NCBI RefSeq assembly: GCF_006345805.1
Contig: NC_043025.1
Span: forward strand, 16,616,001-16,680,000
Direction: 5' to 3'
From: Octopus sinensis
Taxonomy: Eukaryota
Length of the DNA stretch: 64,000 nt
Shown here: positions 61,601-64,000 of the stretch, one piece after another
Layout of the letters: every line of letters starts with the position of its first letter
Position numbering within the stretch: position 1 is the stretch's first letter
Position numbers and translations under genes: made by a program
Notes under the pieces: model-generated
Database searches by the model: none
Told to the model about the DNA's origin: nothing
Seen by the model: the letters and a program-made list of their open reading frames with translations, nothing else

Positions 61601-62222
61601 TGGGTGGATACAATAAATTAGCAGCAAATTTCTGGCTTAGATTTAATATACCTGTAAAACTTCTGAGATGCCAAGGGAATTATAATAGAAGACTAACAGT
61701 AACTTTACCTTTCATTGTTGTGGGGTGGATACAATAAAGTAGCAGTAAAATTCTGGGGTAGATTTAATATTTGTCTAAAACTTCTGAGATGAGAAGGGAA
61801 TTATAATATAAGACTAACAGTACCTTTACCTTTCATTGTTGTGTGGTGGATATAATAAATTAGTAGTGAAATACTGGGGTAGATTTAATATTCCTATAAA
61901 GTATCCAAGATACCAAGGAAATTATAATAGAAAACTAACAGTAACTTTATCTTTCATTGTTGTGCGGTGGATACAATAAAGTAGCAGCAAAAAATTCGGG
62001 GTATATTTACTATTCCTCTAAAACTTCTGAGATGACAAAGGAATTGTAATAGAAGATGAACAATGAATTTACCTTTCATTGTTGTGGGGTGGATACAATA
62101 AAATTGCAGTAAAATTCTGGGGTACATTTAATATTCCTGTAGAACTTCTGAGATGCCAAGGCAATTTTATTAGAAGACTAACAGTAACTTTCAATTTCAT
62201 TAGCAGTAAAAGGCAAATGTAA

Positions 62223-64000
62223 TAGTCTTCTATTTCAATTCCCTCATCATCTCAGAAGTTTTAGAGGAATATTAAATCTACCACAGAATTTTACTGCTAC
62301 TTTATTGTATGCACCCAACAACAATTAAAGGTAAAATTAATGTTTGTCTTCTATTACAATTCCTTTGGCATCTCAGAAGTTTTAGGGGAATATTAAATCT
62401 ACCCCAGAATTTTACTGCTAATTTATTGTATCCACCGCACAACAATGCCCACAACAGTGAAAGGTAAAGTTACTGTTAGTCTTCTATTACAGTTCCCTTG
62501 GTATCTCAAAAGTTTTAGAGGAATATTAAATCTACCCCAGAATTTTACTGCTAATTTATTGTATCCACCCCACAATAATGAAAGTTAAAGTTAATGTTAG
62601 TCTTCTATTACGATTACAATGAAAGGTAAAGTTAATGTTAGTCTTCTATTACAATTGCATTGGAATCTCAGAAGCTTTACAGGAATATCAAATCAACCCC
62701 AGAACTTTAATGCTAATTTATTGTATCCACCCAACAACAATGAAAGGTAAGGTTAATGTCAGTCTTCTATTACAATTACAATGAAAGTTAAAGTTACTGT
62801 TACTCTTCTATTACAATTGACTTGGAATCTCAGAAGTTTTAGAGGAATATTAAATCTTTCCCAGAATTTTACTGCTATTTTATTGTATCCACCGCAAAAC
62901 AAGGCCCACAACAATGAAAGGTAAAGTTACTGTTAGTCTTCTATTACGATTGCCTTGGCAACTCAGAAGTTTTCGAGGAATATCAAATCTACCCCAGAAT
63001 TTGACTCCTACTTTATTGTATCCACCCAACAAAAATGAGAGTTAAAATTAGTGTTAGTCTTCTATTATAATTCCCTTTGCATCTCAGAAGTTTTATAGGA
63101 ATATTAAATCTACCACAGAATTTTAATGCTATTTTATTGTATCCACCCCACAACAATGAAAGGTAAAGTTACTGTTAGTCTTCTATTACAATTCCCTTGT
63201 CATCTTAGAAGTTTTAGAGGAATATTAAATCTACCCCAGAATTTTACTGCCAAAGTTAATTTTAGTTTTCTATTACAATGGCCTTGGCTTCTCAGAAGTT
63301 TTACAGGATTATTAAATCTACCCCAGAATTTTACTGCTACTTTATTGGATCCACCCAACAAAAATGAAAGTTAAAATTAGTTTTAGTCTTCTATTATAAT
63401 TCCCTTGGAATCTCAGAAGTTTTAGAGGAATATTAAATCAATCCCAGAATTTTACTGCTACTTTATTGCATCGACCCAACAATAATGAAAGTGAAATTTA
63501 ATGTTAGATTTCTATTATAATTTCCTTGTCATCTCATAAGTTTAGAGGAATATTATATCTTCCTCCAGAATTTTGCTGCTACTTTATTGTATCCACTGCA
63601 TAACAATGAAAGGTAAAGTTCGTGTTAATCCTATATTATAATTCCCATGCCATCTCAGAAGTTTTAGAGAAATATTAAATCTACCCTAGAATTTTACTGC
63701 TAATTTATCATATACACCGAACAACAATGAAAAGTAATGTTAATGTTAGTCTTCTATTATAATTCCCTTGTCATCTCAGAAGTTTAGAGGAATATTAAAT
63801 CTACCCCAGGATTTTACTGCTAATAAAAGTTATAATTAATGTTTGTTTTCTATTACAATTGCCTTGGAATCTCAGATATTTTATAGGAATATTAAATCTA
63901 CCCCAGAATTTTACTGCTACTTTATTGTATCCACCCCACAACAATGAAAGCTAACGTTACTGTTAGTCTTCTTTTACAATTCCCTTGTCATCTCAGAAGT
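62223..64000 (-). repeat. Satellite DNA, inverted-orientation domain (runs off the window)
   Basis: Monomers read as the reverse complement (ctcagaagttttagaggaatattaaatctaccccagaattttactgctac...) after a ~12-nt junction at 62211-62222. Confidence 0.96.

Larger units (their letters stand above)
52331..62210 (+). repeat. Satellite DNA, diverged domain with higher-order repeats (~1816 bp and 1161 bp)
   Basis: Same monomer with diagnostic changes (aaacTtctgag, aacaGtaac, gtaaaattct, gatacaat). Identical ORFs at 53156/54972 (offset 1816) and 56647/57808 (offset 1161). Confidence 0.96.

Noticed and set aside
47977-63374. Repeated short ORFs in the satellite (MKYWGRFNI..., MLVFYHNSL...)
   Set aside because: These are chance readings of a 121-bp repeat (not a multiple of 3), with shifting frames, non-ATG starts and no domain similarity.
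38790-64000. CRISPR-like repeat-spacer array
   Set aside because: Monomers are contiguous and homologous along their full length, with no unique spacers and no cas genes; the context is eukaryotic. It is satellite DNA.

Overview
Eukaryotic, repeat-saturated DNA, very probably from an octopus; this is inferred from the tRNA-SINE families and the microsatellite load. It has three parts. (1) 1-19.2 kb holds the first four coding exons of a Spinster/SPNS-family lysosomal MFS transporter on the minus strand (18663-19155, 9015-9217, 6629-6780, 2139-2205). All have canonical GT-AG boundaries and compatible phases, and the gene continues beyond the left edge. Exons 3 and 4 are missing from the ORF track. 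(2) The introns and the 19-38.7 kb upstream region contain many transposon copies: tRNA-SINE families, a 2.5-kb RTE LINE with a PHD finger inside its RT region, R4/Dong, CR1, Penelope and Tx1-like fragments, a Tigger transposase relic, a hAT MITE, non-autonomous Helitrons, and an 8-bp-TSD MITE/foldback family carrying TTAGGG repeats. (3) 38.8-64 kb is a >25-kb array of a ~121-bp satellite. Its monomer aligns to the central domain of a SINE found throughout the window. The array has a homogeneous young domain, an older diverged domain with nested higher-order repeats, a solo LTR copied by tandem duplication, and an orientation flip at ~62.2 kb. Most short ORFs in the supplied track are artefacts of microsatellites, SINEs or the satellite. 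All calls were made by eye; no database search was run.
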